DNA of 64,000 nucleotides from Vicinamibacterales bacterium (GCA_040081555.1 JBEBGG010000002.1:1692-65691), one strand, 5' to 3'. Positions 50,364-62,007 are shown, counted from the first letter of the stretch. Translations and numbers: made by a program. The notes: a model not told the origin generated them from the letters alone.

Positions 50364-52658
50364 CTAAGCTGGCTCAAGTCTCGCGTATTTCGCCCGAAGC
50401 GTCTTCACGCCGGCACCACTGAAGCGCACCACAAGCTTCAGGTCATCGTCCACGGGTTCCACTGAGATCACGTTTCCGATGCCAAAGGTTGCGTGCTTGA
50501 CTCGCATGCCCGCGTGCATCGAGACGGCGCCACGCTGATCTTCATCCTCGTAGCTGTAGACGCTGGTCGAGTACGCCGCCGGTTCTTCTCTGGTGCCGCC
50601 ACGTCCTGCGCCTCGCCCGTACGGATTGGTGCGAAACGTTGATGGGTGCGACAAGCTGTTCTGGTAGCCGGAGCCTGTGAACGACGGAAGGATCTTTTCG
50701 ATCAGTTCTGACGGCACCTCGTCGATGAATCTCGAGGGCTCGCTGGACTTGTATTCGCCAAAGACTCGACGGCGTGCCGCTCCCGTGAGAACCAGCTTTC
50801 GCCGCGCGCGAGTCATCCCGACGTAACAGAGCCGTCGTTCCTCCTCGAGTTCCTCTTCGTCCTCGGCCGAACGTGAATGCGGGAAAAGACCCTCTTCGAG
50901 CCCTGCGAGAATGACTGTAGGAAACTCAAGTCCCTTGGCACTATGCAGCGTCATCATCCAGATCCGCGCCTCTTTGGTGCCCTGTTCTTCGTCTACGTCT
51001 GACAGCAGCGACAGGCGATCGACAAATCCACCAAGCGATGGCTCCTGGTCCCGCCCCTCGTACTCGCGTGCCGCCGACACCAGTTCCGCAAGGTTCTCGA
51101 TGCGAGCCTCGCTATCCTCGCTATGATCTTCTCGAAGAGCATTCAGATAGCCGCTGCGATCCAGGATCTTCGCAACCACCACCGACACCGGTTCCGCTCG
51201 CGCGACGTCGGTAAGGCCGACAATCAGATCCCGAAACGCAGCCAGTGATGACTGTGGTCGACCACCGAACACACGACCTTCGAGTCCACGCACCAGTCTC
51301 GCCCACAGCGAGTTTGGCGACGCGGCTGGGCGCAAACCCGCAAAGAGCGGTGGTAGGTCGGCGAAACCCGCGTCGACTTCAACCTTCTCGATGGCGTCCA
51401 TTACGCCCTTGCCGATACCACGCGCCGGGACATTGATCACTCGGCGCAGACTGACGTCGTCGTGAGGATTGATCACGAGACGCATAAAGGCGAGCGAGTC
51501 TTTGATCTCCTTACGCTCATAGAAACGGACGCCGCCAACGATCTTGTACGCCAGTCCCCCCCGCATTAATGCGTCTTCGATCGCTCGAGACTGGGCGTTG
51601 GTTCGATAGAGGATCGCTACCATCGCATCGACATCTGACAGACCCGCGCGGGCAGTGCGGGTGATGAAGTCCGCCTCTTCGAGCTCGTCACCGCCGCGGT
51701 AGTAGGTGATCTGCTCGCCCCCTTTCGTGTCAGTCCACAGGTGCTTGTCCTTGCGATTGCGGTTCTGGCCGATCACCGCTGACGCCGCGTCAAGAATGAT
51801 CTGTGTTGACCGATAGTTTTGCTCGAGCTTGACGACGACCGCTTCTGAGTAGTCGCGCTCGAAGTCGAGGATGTTCTTGAGGTCAGCGCCGCGCCATTTG
51901 TAGATGGACTGATCAGGGTCACCGACGACACAGAGGTTTCGGTAGTGGCCGGCCAGGCGCTGAATCAGCACGTACTGCGGCCGGTTGGTGTCCTGATACT
52001 CGTCCACCATGACAAACTTGAACTGCGTTGCGTATTTCTCTCTGACCGTGGAGCTCTGCTCGACAAGATCGACCGTCTTGAGCAGCAGGTCGTCGAAATC
52101 GAGCGCACCTGCTTCCTTCAGAGCGTTGACGTAGTAGCCGTAGACCTTGGCAATCTGCTCGTCGCGGCGGTTCCACCCCGCAGACGCAGCCATCACCTCT
52201 GGCCCCTCCATCTTGTTCTTCGACGAGCTGATACGCGACAACGCTGCCCTCGGCTGGACAAAGGAATCGTCGATCTGGAGCGCCTTCAGTGCCTGCTTGA
52301 TGACGGACATTTGGTCCGACGAGTCGTAGATCACGAAATCGCGTGACAAGCCGATGGCTGGAGCTTCGCGCCTCAGCAGCCTGGCGCACAGTGAGTGAAA
52401 CGTCGACACCCACATCCGCCCGCAGTCCTCACCGAGCAGTGACTCAACGCGCGCGCGCATTTCCTCGGCGGCCTTGTTGGTAAAGGTGACAGCGAGAATC
52501 TCGTGTGGCTTGGCGTGTCCATCGCCGACCAGGTACGCAATGCGGCTGGTGATGACGCGGGTCTTTCCCGAGCCAGCGCCTGCGAGGATCAGCAGTGGCC
52601 CGCTTGTATGGAGCACCGCCGCGCGCTGCTCAGGGTTGAGCGAATCGAGGAAGGACAT
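50364..52658 (-). CDS. uvrD: ATP-dependent DNA helicase UvrD/PcrA family
   Basis: 'LNPEQRAAVLHTSGPLLILAGAGSGKT', 'VDEYQDTN' and 'TLHSAKGLEF'. The likely start is the ATG at 52658 (MSFLDSLNPEQ); the longest ORF reaches 52697. Confidence 0.93.
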   Translation of the reverse strand: MSFLDSLNPEQRAAVLHTSGPLLILAGAGSGKTRVITSRIAYLVGDGHAKPHEILAVTFTNKAAEEMRARVESLLGEDCGRMWVSTFHSLCARLLRREAPAIGLSRDFVIYDSSDQMSVIKQALKALQIDDSFVQPRAALSRISSSKNKMEGPEVMAASAGWNRRDEQIAKVYGYYVNALKEAGALDFDDLLLKTVDLVEQSSTVREKYATQFKFVMVDEYQDTNRPQYVLIQRLAGHYRNLCVVGDPDQSIYKWRGADLKNILDFERDYSEAVVVKLEQNYRSTQIILDAASAVIGQNRNRKDKHLWTDTKGGEQITYYRGGDELEEADFITRTARAGLSDVDAMVAILYRTNAQSRAIEDALMRGGLAYKIVGGVRFYERKEIKDSLAFMRLVINPHDDVSLRRVINVPARGIGKGVMDAIEKVEVDAGFADLPPLFAGLRPAASPNSLWARLVRGLEGRVFGGRPQSSLAAFRDLIVGLTDVARAEPVSVVVAKILDRSGYLNALREDHSEDSEARIENLAELVSAAREYEGRDQEPSLGGFVDRLSLLSDVDEEQGTKEARIWMMTLHSAKGLEFPTVILAGLEEGLFPHSRSAEDEEELEEERRLCYVGMTRARRKLVLTGAARRRVFGEYKSSEPSRFIDEVPSELIEKILPSFTGSGYQNSLSHPSTFRTNPYGRGAGRGGTREEPAAYSTSVYSYEDEDQRGAVSMHAGMRVKHATFGIGNVISVEPVDDDLKLVVRFSGAGVKTLRAKYARLEPA

Positions 52659-52736
52659 TGCAATGCCAAATGCTGGATGCGAGAGGGGTGGCGACAAAGA
52701 AGGCCACCGACCACCATCAGCTTAGCATCGTCGGTC

Positions 52737-54581
52737 CTATTCGACCGTGACGCTCTTCGCCAGATTCCTCGGCTGATCGACGTCACAACCGCGGCGCACG
52801 GCGATGTGGTACGCGAGAAGCTGCAGCGGTAGGACCATTGCGATGGGCGAGAGCAGCGCCGGCATGGCGGGAATCTCGAGAATGAAGTCGCTCTTTGGAT
52901 CGAGAATGCCGCTCAGCATCGTGTCGCCCTTGGTTGTGAGGGCGATGACGGATCCACCTCGTGCCTTGGCCTCTTGCATGTTGCCGATCATCTTCTCGAA
53001 CACATGATCATGAGGAGCCAATGCCACGACTGGCATCTGCTCGTCGATCAGCGCGATCGGTCCATGCTTCATCTCACCGGCAGGGTAGCCCTCGGCGTGG
53101 ATGTACGAAATCTCCTTCAGCTTCAGCGCTCCTTCGAGCGCAATCGGGTAGTGAATGCCCCGCCCGAGATAAAGGAAATCCGACCGCGCATGAAAATGGG
53201 CCGCAATCTGCTCGATCTGGGCCCCGAGCGTGAGCGTTTCCTCGAGTAGCTGTGGCAATTGTAGAAGACCATCCACGTGCGAGCGGGAGGCTTCGAGAGA
53301 GACCGCCAGCCTTGCCTGACCGATGCGCAGAGCCAGCAGATACAGCGCTACAAGCTGGGTTGTGAAAGCCTTCGTCGACGCGACGCCGATCTCTGGACCC
53401 GCGTGAGTATAGATAGTTCCGTCAGTCTCTCGTGTGGCCATGCTGCCCACCACGTTGCAGACCGAGATGCTCCTGGCCCCCTCGCGTCTGGCCTCTCGAA
53501 GCGCGGCCAGCGTGTCGGCTGTTTCGCCAGACTGCGTGATGATGACCGCGAGCGAGCGCTTGGACGCAATTGGGTTCCGATAGCGGTACTCAGAGCCGTA
53601 GTCCACTTCCACCGGGATCCGCGCAAGTTGCTCGATTAAGAATTTGCCAACGAGCGCCGCATGCCAGGACGTGCCGCACGCCAGAATCGTGACGCGGTCG
53701 ATCTTCTGAAGTTCCGCGTCGGTGACGTTCATCTCTTCAAGGAACACCTTGCCGGAGTCTTGAGAGACACGACCAAGGATGGTTTCGCGCGCCGCATTCG
53801 GCTGCTCGAAAATTTCCTTAAGCATGAAGTGCTTGTAACCGGATTTTTCCGCCATGATCGGATCCCACAACACGCGCTGCGGCTTCGCCGACACGGCCGT
53901 GCCACCAAAATCGGTGAAGGTGACACCGGTCTTCGTGATGATCGCCATTTCCTCATCACCGAGGAAGACGACGTCGCGGGTATGGCTCAAGATTGCCGGG
54001 ATGTCCGAGGCCACAAAGAACTCGCCGTCCCCGAGCCCGATGACAATCGGCGGTCCTTTGCGGACCGTCACGATCTTGTGTGGATCGTCGGCCGAGATCA
54101 ACACCAGCGCGAACAGGCCACGCATCAACGTCAGCGCCCGGCGGACGGCGTTCTCGAGACCGTCGCTCTTCATCTCGCGCTCAACGAGGTGCGCGACGAT
54201 TTCCGTGTCGGTCTCAGTGACGAAGCGATGGCCTTGTGCGACGAGCTCCCGCTTCAGCTCGAGGTAGTTCTCGATGATGCCGTTGTGGACAACGACGATT
54301 CTTCCCGTGCAATCACGGTGCGGGTGCGCGTTTTCCTCGGTTGGGCGACCATGAGTCGCCCAACGCGTGTGGCCGACGCCGTACTCACCGCTTAGCGGGT
54401 CCGCAGCAATCGCGAGCTCGAGATTCGCAAGCTTTCCCGCGCTCCGGCGCAGGTACATGACGCCGCCCCTCACGACGGCGACGCCAGCGCTGTCGTAGCC
54501 TCGATACTCGAGCTTACGCAACCCGTCCACGAGAACGGGAACGACGTCCTTTGGTCCGATGTAACCGATGATTCCGCACAT
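52737..54581 (-). CDS. glmS: Glutamine--fructose-6-phosphate aminotransferase
   Basis: 'MCGIIGYIG' (Cys2 nucleophile), two SIS domains and the C-terminal 'NLAKSVTVE'. Confidence 0.97.
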   Translation of the reverse strand: MCGIIGYIGPKDVVPVLVDGLRKLEYRGYDSAGVAVVRGGVMYLRRSAGKLANLELAIAADPLSGEYGVGHTRWATHGRPTEENAHPHRDCTGRIVVVHNGIIENYLELKRELVAQGHRFVTETDTEIVAHLVEREMKSDGLENAVRRALTLMRGLFALVLISADDPHKIVTVRKGPPIVIGLGDGEFFVASDIPAILSHTRDVVFLGDEEMAIITKTGVTFTDFGGTAVSAKPQRVLWDPIMAEKSGYKHFMLKEIFEQPNAARETILGRVSQDSGKVFLEEMNVTDAELQKIDRVTILACGTSWHAALVGKFLIEQLARIPVEVDYGSEYRYRNPIASKRSLAVIITQSGETADTLAALREARREGARSISVCNVVGSMATRETDGTIYTHAGPEIGVASTKAFTTQLVALYLLALRIGQARLAVSLEASRSHVDGLLQLPQLLEETLTLGAQIEQIAAHFHARSDFLYLGRGIHYPIALEGALKLKEISYIHAEGYPAGEMKHGPIALIDEQMPVVALAPHDHVFEKMIGNMQEAKARGGSVIALTTKGDTMLSGILDPKSDFILEIPAMPALLSPIAMVLPLQLLAYHIAVRRGCDVDQPRNLAKSVTVE

Positions 54582-54630
54582 AAAGGCTGATACGTGAAAC
54601 TGAGAAGTCTAAGAGTACAAAGCCAACAGA

Positions 54631-56019
54631 TCAGGCACCGGCCTTCTTGAGCGCCTTATCCCTGACCCAGCCCTCAATATTCCGCTGCTTGCCCGCGCTC
54701 ACCGCGAGCGCGCCCGCAGGAACATCTTCGCGAATCGTTGTCCCCGTACCGACGTAGGCGTTTGCACCGATGGTAACCGGCGCGATCAGCTGCGTGTCGC
54801 TGCCGATGAAGGCGCCATCCCCAATAGTGGTTACGTGCTTGTCCCGCCCGTCGTAGTTGCAGGTGATTGCACCGGCGCCGATATTGACGTAGTCGCCAAT
54901 CTTCGCGTCGCCGAGGTAGGCGAGATGCCCTGCCTTGGTGCCTGTACCCAGCACGGTCTTCTTCAGCTCGACGAAGTTGCCGACGCGCGCGTTCACCCCG
55001 ACGTCCACCTGGCCTCGCAGATGCGCGAAGGGACCGACTGACGCGCCATGTCGAATCGTTGACCCGATGATCAGGCTGTGATCAAACACGGTGACGCCGT
55101 CGCCAATTGTCGACGCAACAATGCGGGCGCCACTGTGAACAATGCACCCTGTACCGATGGTGGTACCACGCCCAAGGATCACACCGGGATGCAGCGTGGT
55201 GTCGACGCCGATCTCCACATCGGCGTCGACATACGTTGTCGAGGGATCGACAAAGGTGACGCCGTCGGCCATCAATTGCTCGTTTATGCTCATCCTGAAC
55301 AATCTGCCGAGGCTCGCAAGTTCTGCACGCGTATTGATACCAAGAATTTCGCGCGCGTCATCAACTGCGAACGCTTCCACGAGCTGTCCTGCCCGACGAT
55401 AGATCCCGACGAGATCCGGTAAGTAGTATTCGCGCTGCGCGTTCTCGGCCGCGATCCGACGCACCGCGTCAAAGAGGCCGTCGAGCGCGAACGCATAAAT
55501 ACCGGCATTGATTTCGTGAATGGCTCGCTCAACAGGCGTGGCGTCCTTTTCCTCGACGATCCGGGCAATCCGACCGCCGTGTCGCACGATTCGGCCGTAC
55601 CCGCGTGGCGTATCGACGACCGCTGTGGCCACTGTCGCTGCTGCCTCGCCGGCCTGGTGCGCGTTTAGGAGAGCTTGCAGCGTTTGTGCGCGCAATAGCG
55701 GAACGTCGCCCGAAAGCAAGATGAGGTTCCCGCGTGCACCAGCCAGGGCTGGTTCGGCCATTAGCAGTGCATGTGCGGTGCCCAGCTGTGGCTCCTGGAC
55801 CACAAACGTGACATCCGGCTGACTAGTAAGGGCAGCCCTCACCTCGTCTGCCTGGTGACCGACGACGACGGTGAGCGTACGCGGTTTCATAGCCCGGGCC
55901 GCCACCAATACGTGCTCGATGAGGGCTCGACCGGCGATCGGGTGCAGTACTTTGGGTACTGCTGATTTCATGCGCGTCCCCTTGCCCGCAGCGAGAACGA
56001 CGACGTGGATGTCAGACAT
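54631..56019 (-). CDS. glmU: Bifunctional UDP-GlcNAc pyrophosphorylase / GlcN-1-P acetyltransferase
   Basis: 'VVLAAGKGTRMKS' plus C-terminal left-handed beta-helix hexapeptide repeats. Confidence 0.95.
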   Translation of the reverse strand: MSDIHVVVLAAGKGTRMKSAVPKVLHPIAGRALIEHVLVAARAMKPRTLTVVVGHQADEVRAALTSQPDVTFVVQEPQLGTAHALLMAEPALAGARGNLILLSGDVPLLRAQTLQALLNAHQAGEAAATVATAVVDTPRGYGRIVRHGGRIARIVEEKDATPVERAIHEINAGIYAFALDGLFDAVRRIAAENAQREYYLPDLVGIYRRAGQLVEAFAVDDAREILGINTRAELASLGRLFRMSINEQLMADGVTFVDPSTTYVDADVEIGVDTTLHPGVILGRGTTIGTGCIVHSGARIVASTIGDGVTVFDHSLIIGSTIRHGASVGPFAHLRGQVDVGVNARVGNFVELKKTVLGTGTKAGHLAYLGDAKIGDYVNIGAGAITCNYDGRDKHVTTIGDGAFIGSDTQLIAPVTIGANAYVGTGTTIREDVPAGALAVSAGKQRNIEGWVRDKALKKAGA

Positions 56020-56060
56020 CTGTCGGATTATCGGCCGAATCGGGACCGAGGATGTGGCAA

Positions 56061-56675
56061 CTAGCGCGTCGTCCTTGGCTCCGAGGTTCTCGGCACGCCG
56101 AACCCTCCGCGGGGGCTTTGCTTTTCGGTCGTCGAGCGAAAACCGTCGTTGTCGCGCAGTGGATCAAGGTCCGCGTCCTGTCGAGCCTTGGCGCGATTCG
56201 CGGGATTAAGCGTGATGGCGCGCTCGAGATGCGCGAGTGCTTCCGCGTGTTCGCCCCGTTGGGCGTGGGCGACCGCAAGCAGATAGAGGGCGTGGTCGTT
56301 ATCTGGGTCTTCGTCCCGCACTAACCGGAGCTGCGAGATGGCCTCGTCGTAGTTGGCGCCGTTGAGAGCCAGCGTTGACGCGTACAGGCGCTCCTGCACG
56401 CCGAGAGGGGCGGAGGCTGGCGGCGTCGCAAGACGCTCACAAATGTTGAGGTACAGACGTACCCTCTCGTGAAGTTCTTTTTCTTCAGGAAAGCGCGTGA
56501 GCACGGACCGCAGAAGGTCGAGTGCGCCGTTGTAGTCGTGTCGCTGAAGGGCCTCAAGACCCCGTTCGTACGCGCTGACTGCATCGACGTAGGTCGGGCG
56601 GTGGCCTGACACTGACGGCTCAGGAGGAACCTGAGTGCGTTCATTCACGTTCGGCTTGGATCGCTGCTTCGCCAT
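56061..56675 (-). CDS. TPR repeat protein
   Basis: 204 aa. Repeated 'Y..A...L..VL...P......H..L' style TPR helices (for example 'YDEAISQLRLVRDEDPDNDHALYLLAVAHAQRGEHAEALAHLERAITLNP'). Confidence 0.7.
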   Translation of the reverse strand: MAKQRSKPNVNERTQVPPEPSVSGHRPTYVDAVSAYERGLEALQRHDYNGALDLLRSVLTRFPEEKELHERVRLYLNICERLATPPASAPLGVQERLYASTLALNGANYDEAISQLRLVRDEDPDNDHALYLLAVAHAQRGEHAEALAHLERAITLNPANRAKARQDADLDPLRDNDGFRSTTEKQSPRGGFGVPRTSEPRTTR

Positions 56676-56749
56676 CGTGTATTGAACCCTGACGTGAGCA
56701 TTCGAGCACCGAATTCCACCAGAAATCTAACAGAACACATCGAAATAGG

Positions 56750-57598
56750 TCAACGAGCCAAAGACTTCCCGTCTTCGAGCAAAGCAAACACCGATCTGGC
56801 GCTGAGACCGTAGTCTCTGCTGATCTTGGCAATTGCCTGTCTCCGTGTAAGCCCAGGCTTTTCTGTTAATTCACCAAATATTTCCGTTGCCATCTTGGCC
56901 GACAGTTCCTGGGCCGCTGAAGCTTCAGTCGCCGCGCCAAGTCTAACAGCAACCGTAAATTCTCCAAGGGCTTCCACGATCCGTGGAAGGACGGCAGAGA
57001 TTGTGCCTCGGAAGAACTCCTCATGAATCTTCGTCAACTCTCGACCAACGACGACCTCGACGTCGCCGACTCGACGCTGAAGCGCCTCCAGCGTGTAACG
57101 AATCCGGTGGGGTGCCTCATAAAACACCGCGCACGGGGCACTCGACGCAAGCCGATCAAACCAAATCCGACGATCTGCTTGCCCATTTGGTGGAAAGCCC
57201 AAAAACGTAAAACCATCGAGCTCGAAGCCAGACGCCGACAGGATGGTCATTACGGCGCTCGGTCCAGGGATGGGTTCCACTCGCAGCCCAGCCGCTGCCG
57301 CAGCGGCAATCAAGGGGGCCCCGGGGTCGGAGATTGTCGGGGTACCCGCGTCAGACACCAGGGCGACGCCATCGCCCCGCTGCAACCTCGCAACTATGTC
57401 GCCGACCTTCCGCCGTTCATTGTGAGCGTGGAGGCTGATCGTGTGGGTGGTGATACCGTGGCGCGCCAGCAATTTCGCCGTCCGCCGGGTGTCCTCTGCG
57501 GCAATCAGCGCGACCTCTCGGAGGACTCGCAGCGCGCGCGCAGAGATGTCCTCGAGGTTGCCAATAGGCGTGGCGACTACGAACAGCGTGCCAGCCAT
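56750..57598 (-). CDS. rsmI: 16S rRNA (cytidine1402-2'-O)-methyltransferase RsmI
   Basis: 'GTLFVVATPIGNLEDISARALRVLREVALIAAEDTR' is the canonical RsmI N-terminus. Confidence 0.92.
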   Translation of the reverse strand: MAGTLFVVATPIGNLEDISARALRVLREVALIAAEDTRRTAKLLARHGITTHTISLHAHNERRKVGDIVARLQRGDGVALVSDAGTPTISDPGAPLIAAAAAAGLRVEPIPGPSAVMTILSASGFELDGFTFLGFPPNGQADRRIWFDRLASSAPCAVFYEAPHRIRYTLEALQRRVGDVEVVVGRELTKIHEEFFRGTISAVLPRIVEALGEFTVAVRLGAATEASAAQELSAKMATEIFGELTEKPGLTRRQAIAKISRDYGLSARSVFALLEDGKSLAR

Positions 57599-57706
57599 CA
57601 GATCGAGTTTTTCATTGTACCATTAGCGGATCGTCAGGCGGGTCAGCCTGGTCGGTCCGGATAGTCTAGCGAATGCTGGACACTCACGAATTTCGCCGCA
57701 GGAGCT

Positions 57707-59365
57707 ATGCCCGCTTCAGAACCGCTTCCGCATTTCGTTGACGACCTTCTCGCGTATCTTCACGAAACGTACCCGACCCACGCGACGCTCGACGGTGTAC
57801 ACGCGCATGACGACCTCCTGGAGGATCTCAGCCGCCAGGGCGTCGAGCAGAACACGCGTGCGCTTTCGGGCTACCTGCGTCGCCTCGAAGAGATCGATCG
57901 CAGCGGACTGACCGTGACCGAGGCGCTCGAACAACGGATGCTCGTGGCACACCTCCGGGGGCGGTTGTTCGAGCTCGAAGAGGTGCGAACCTGGGAGCGC
58001 AGCCCGCAAATGTACGCCGACGTGCTGGCCACGAATCTTGCCGCACAGGCGCTCTTCACGCACGCCTCGCCGCCAGATCGCGCCAGACGGGTCCTTTCGA
58101 AGCTGCGACAGGTGCCCCGCCTCATCGAGTCAGCGAGAAACAATATCAAGGACCCTCCCGGCATTTTCGTGAAGGTCGGCATCGAGGCAATGCGCGGCAC
58201 TCAGAGGTTCATCGACGATGACCTACCGAGAGCATTCTCGAGCGTCGATGACCTGCACTTGCTGAGCGACTTGGCCGACGCGCAGGAAGAAGCGTCGAAA
58301 GCCGTCGGTGGCTACGCCACGCATCTCGAGACCGAGATCGCGCCAAAGGCTCGCGCGTCGTTTCGCCTGGGACTCAGCAAGTTCGAACAAAAGGTGCGAT
58401 TCGAAGAAGGCCTGACCACCCCAGTCGACAAATTGCTCGCGATCGCAACCCGCGAGCTACAGAAGACCCAAGAGGAGTTCCGCCGCCTCGCTGGTAAGTC
58501 CGGCCGCCCCGACCCGCTCGAACTCTGGACCAAGACCAAGGCTGAACATCCTCAGCCAGGGCAGCTGGTCGGCATGGGTCGTGAGCAGGTGCGGGAATTG
58601 CGCACGTTCCTCGAGCGAGAAGGCATCGTCACGGTGCCAGAGGGGGAACCAGTGATCGTGGCGCCAACGCCGGAGTTCTATCGCTGGTCGTTTGCCAGTA
58701 TGTGGACGCCGGGTCCATTCGAAAGTAAGCCGGGCCGGGCCTTCTACTACCTAACTGACGCCGACGCGTCCTGGTCGATCGAGCGGCAACAGGAATACCT
58801 CCGCGACTACAACTATCCAACGCTGTGGTCGATCTCAATGCACGAAGTGTTTCCTGGACACTTTTTGCACTACCAGCATCTTCGCAAGGTTACGTCAAAG
58901 GTCCGCCGCTCGATCCTGTTTGCACCTGGCTCCTTTGTGGAAGGCTGGGCGCACTACTGCGAGCAGATGATGATCGAGGCTGGCTTCGGCAAGAAGGATC
59001 CTGGCGTCAAACTCGGACAGCTCGCCGAAGCGCTCATCCGCCTGGTTCGCTTCATCGTCTGCATCCGGTTACACACTGAGGATCTCTCAGTCGAGCAAGG
59101 TGTCCGCCTCTTTCGCGAGGAAGCATTTATGGAGGAAGCCAGTGCCCGTCGCGAGGCGGAGCGCGGCACTTTCGATCCGACGTATCTGGTCTACAGCGTC
59201 GGCAAACTAATGCTGCTCAAGCTCAGGCAAGACTGCAAGCAGGAGCAGGGAAAGGGATTTTCCCTGCGCACTTTCCACGACACTCTGCTCGGCAACGGCA
59301 CTGCGCCGCTGTGGCTGCATCGCCAACTGATGCTCGCCAACGATAGTGGCGACGCACTGGAGTAG
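57707..59365 (+). CDS. DUF885 family protein (putative metallopeptidase-like)
   Basis: 552 aa. 'SISMHEVFPGHFLHYQH' (HExxPGH) and the overall DUF885-like layout. Confidence 0.75.
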   Translation: MPASEPLPHFVDDLLAYLHETYPTHATLDGVHAHDDLLEDLSRQGVEQNTRALSGYLRRLEEIDRSGLTVTEALEQRMLVAHLRGRLFELEEVRTWERSPQMYADVLATNLAAQALFTHASPPDRARRVLSKLRQVPRLIESARNNIKDPPGIFVKVGIEAMRGTQRFIDDDLPRAFSSVDDLHLLSDLADAQEEASKAVGGYATHLETEIAPKARASFRLGLSKFEQKVRFEEGLTTPVDKLLAIATRELQKTQEEFRRLAGKSGRPDPLELWTKTKAEHPQPGQLVGMGREQVRELRTFLEREGIVTVPEGEPVIVAPTPEFYRWSFASMWTPGPFESKPGRAFYYLTDADASWSIERQQEYLRDYNYPTLWSISMHEVFPGHFLHYQHLRKVTSKVRRSILFAPGSFVEGWAHYCEQMMIEAGFGKKDPGVKLGQLAEALIRLVRFIVCIRLHTEDLSVEQGVRLFREEAFMEEASARREAERGTFDPTYLVYSVGKLMLLKLRQDCKQEQGKGFSLRTFHDTLLGNGTAPLWLHRQLMLANDSGDALE

Positions 59366-59383
59366 TTCGAGGATCAGCACATC

Positions 59384-59740
59384 ATGCCTTTGTACGAATA
59401 CGCGTGCGACGCCCACCAACATCGCTTCGAAGTGATTCAGAAGTTCTCCGACGGGCCAGTGACCGTTTGTCCGACCTGTGGCAGCAGTGTCCGCAAGCTG
59501 ATTTCAGCTCCTTCGTTCCAGCTCAAGGGCACCGGCTGGTACATCACCGACTACGCGAAGAAGGACAGCGGTGGCGAAAGCGCCAAGTCCGAAGGGAAGA
59601 ACAAGGAAACGGCGACTGTTGTACCCGACAAAAACGAAAAGGCTGAGAAGCCAGAGTCGGCCGAGAAGACGCGTACCGTTGACAGTGTATCCAAGCCCCC
59701 CGCTACACCAGCCGCGAACCCGGACAAGGGCAGTGCCTAG
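59384..59740 (+). CDS. FmdB-family zinc-ribbon protein
   Basis: '[23 protein letters not shown]...[13 protein letters not shown]' has the CxxC...CxxC ribbon. A lysine/glutamate-rich tail follows. Confidence 0.8.
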   Translation: MPLYEYACDAHQHRFEVIQKFSDGPVTVCPTCGSSVRKLISAPSFQLKGTGWYITDYAKKDSGGESAKSEGKNKETATVVPDKNEKAEKPESAEKTRTVDSVSKPPATPAANPDKGSA

Positions 59741-59775
59741 TGTCCAGCCCCGCCCGGTCGCGTTTCCGACTCGAC

Positions 59776-60660
59776 CTACCGGCTTATCCCCAGTGAGCGC
59801 AGATACGTGGAGAACTTGTCTGCCAAGTCCGGCCTCCGTAGCGCGAAGTAGACCACCGCTTTCAAGAACCCGAGCTTGTTGCCGGTGTCGTGGCGAACGC
59901 CTTTGACTTCGCAGGCATAGATCGGCCGCTGCTTCAAGAGCTCACGCAGGCCATTGGTCAACTGAATCTCGCCAGTGCGGTCGCTCTTGGTCGCGGCCAG
60001 AGCCGTGAAAACATCTGGCGTGAGGACGTATCGCCCAATAATAGCTAGGTCAGACGGGGCTTCGTGCTTTGGCGGCTTCTCGACGAGGTCGACAACCTGA
60101 TAGACGCCAGGCCCGAGATCGACCGTGGAATCGATAGCGATGACGCCGTAGTTCGAGATCTCGTCTTTCGGTACACGCTCGACAAGCAACACTGGACCCT
60201 GCACGCGGTTGTAAACGTCGATCATTTGCTTAAGCGCCGGCGGGTCGGCATCGATCACATCGTCGGCCAAGATGACGGCAAACGGTTCATCGCCAACCAG
60301 AGCTTCGGCGACCAGAACGGCGTGGCCAAGGCCGAGCGGCTCGCCCTGCCGCACATACGCAAAGTGAATCAAACTTGAGATCTTCCGAATCTCCTCGAGC
60401 TGTTCTGTCTTGCCGCGTGCTTCAAGGAACGTCTCGAGTTCTACCGAGACGTCGAAGTGATCTTCGATCGCGTTCTTGCCGCGCCCGGTGACCAAAATGA
60501 TGTTGTTGACGCCTGAAGCCACCGCCTCTTCCACGCCGTACTGGATGATCGGCTTGTCGACCAGCGGCAGCATTTCTTTGGGCTGCGCTTTGGTGGCTGG
60601 AAGAAACCTGGTGCCGAGGCCGGCGGCGGGGAAGACAGCCTTGCGAATACTCTGACTCAC
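59776..60660 (-). CDS. galU: UTP--glucose-1-phosphate uridylyltransferase
   Basis: GTG at 60660 gives 'VSQSIRKAVFPAAGLGTRFLPATKAQPKEMLPLVDKPIIQY'. The 428-aa track ORF extends into serS and is not credible upstream of this point. Confidence 0.9.
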   Translation of the reverse strand: MSQSIRKAVFPAAGLGTRFLPATKAQPKEMLPLVDKPIIQYGVEEAVASGVNNIILVTGRGKNAIEDHFDVSVELETFLEARGKTEQLEEIRKISSLIHFAYVRQGEPLGLGHAVLVAEALVGDEPFAVILADDVIDADPPALKQMIDVYNRVQGPVLLVERVPKDEISNYGVIAIDSTVDLGPGVYQVVDLVEKPPKHEAPSDLAIIGRYVLTPDVFTALAATKSDRTGEIQLTNGLRELLKQRPIYACEVKGVRHDTGNKLGFLKAVVYFALRRPDLADKFSTYLRSLGISR

Positions 60661-60717
60661 GCGGCGATCGTAGCAGAACTCTTCTGAAGCGGAATATACA
60701 ATGGAACCCGAGGTTGC

Positions 60718-62007
60718 ATGCTCGATCCCGCTTTCGTGAGAGACCAAATTGAAGTGGTGCGCAACGGCCTGCGCAGCCGCGGTATGGACCCCGACAAGGC
60801 GCTCGAAGAGATTGCCACGCTCGAGACGATACGGCGCCGACTCATTCCTGAAATGGAGGGACTCAAGCGGCTGCAGAACACCTCGGGTGACGAGGTGGCG
60901 CGCGCCAAGCGCCAAGGGCTCGATACGGCGCCGATCCAGGATGCTGGCCGCCAGCGGAACCAGCAGATCAAACAGCTGACCATTCAGCTCGACGGGATCG
61001 AACATCAGCGTGAACAGGCGCTGCTGCAACTGCCGAACCTGCCTCACAGCTCGGTACCGCACGGAGTCTCAGCCGACGACAACCTTGAAGTCCGTCGCCA
61101 CGGAGTACCGAGGCCGTTCGACTTTGAGCCGCAGGCGCACTGGGATCTCGGACCCGCGCTCGGCATCCTCGACTTCGAGCGAGGAACCAAGGTGGCGGGC
61201 GCCCGATTCACGGTGCTGAGTGGCGCGGGCGCCCGGTTGGAGCGAGCGCTCATCAACTTCATGCTGGACCTTCACACCACTGAGCACGGCTATCGCGAGA
61301 TGGAGCCGCCGTTCATGGTGAACCGCGCATCGCTCACCGGCACCGGCAATTTGCCGAAGTTCGAGGCCGATCTCTTCAAGATTGCCGGCGACTGGGACTT
61401 ATTCCTTGTACCGACCGCTGAGGTGCCGCTGACAAACCTGCACCGCGGAGAAATTCTTGACGGGCGATCGTTACCGATTCTGTACACCGCGTACACCCCT
61501 TGCTTTCGGAGCGAGGCCGGCTCGTATGGCCAGGATGTTCGCGGCCTCATCCGCCAGCATCAGTTCGACAAGGTCGAACTCGTCAAGTTCACAACGGCCG
61601 AGCACTCGTACGACGAACACGAGAAGCTGACTCTGAATGCGGAAGAAGTACTGAAGCGACTTGAGCTGCCGTATCGCACAATGCTCCTGTGCACAGGCGA
61701 CATGGGCTTCGCATCAGCCAAGACGTATGACATAGAAGTGTGGCTGCCGAGCCAGAAGACCTATCGCGAGATCTCATCGTGCAGCAACTGCGAAGCGTTC
61801 CAGGCACGTCGGGCGAACATCAAGTATCGCCCCGGCGGTAGCGGCAAGGCGGAGTACGCGCACACGCTCAACGGCTCCGGCTTGGCGGTTGGCCGGACAC
61901 TCATCGCAATCCTCGAGAACTATCAGCAGAAGGACGGCAGCGTGACCATTCCCAGCGTCCTGCGCCCCTACATGGGTGGGCTCTCGGAGATCAAGAACCT
62001 CACATAG
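60718..62007 (+). CDS. serS: Seryl-tRNA synthetase
   Basis: 429 aa. N-terminal coiled-coil arm ([18 protein letters not shown]...) and class II motifs 'FRSEAGS' and '[21 protein letters not shown]'. Confidence 0.96.
   Translation: MLDPAFVRDQIEVVRNGLRSRGMDPDKALEEIATLETIRRRLIPEMEGLKRLQNTSGDEVARAKRQGLDTAPIQDAGRQRNQQIKQLTIQLDGIEHQREQALLQLPNLPHSSVPHGVSADDNLEVRRHGVPRPFDFEPQAHWDLGPALGILDFERGTKVAGARFTVLSGAGARLERALINFMLDLHTTEHGYREMEPPFMVNRASLTGTGNLPKFEADLFKIAGDWDLFLVPTAEVPLTNLHRGEILDGRSLPILYTAYTPCFRSEAGSYGQDVRGLIRQHQFDKVELVKFTTAEHSYDEHEKLTLNAEEVLKRLELPYRTMLLCTGDMGFASAKTYDIEVWLPSQKTYREISSCSNCEAFQARRANIKYRPGGSGKAEYAHTLNGSGLAVGRTLIAILENYQQKDGSVTIPSVLRPYMGGLSEIKNLT

Noticed and set aside
54582-54630. A glmS ribozyme upstream of glmS.
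   Set aside because: Only 49 nt separate glmS from glmU, which is too short for the ribozyme. glmS appears co-transcribed with glmU.
60661-60717. A T-box or other leader upstream of serS.
   Set aside because: The spacer is 57 nt, far shorter than a T-box leader.
60661-61062. The N-terminal 134 aa of the 428-aa ORF 59776..61062, as a possible extended GalU.
   Set aside because: It overlaps the well-supported serS gene on the other strand. The GalU homology begins exactly at GTG 60660 (VSQSIRKAVFPAAGLGTRF).
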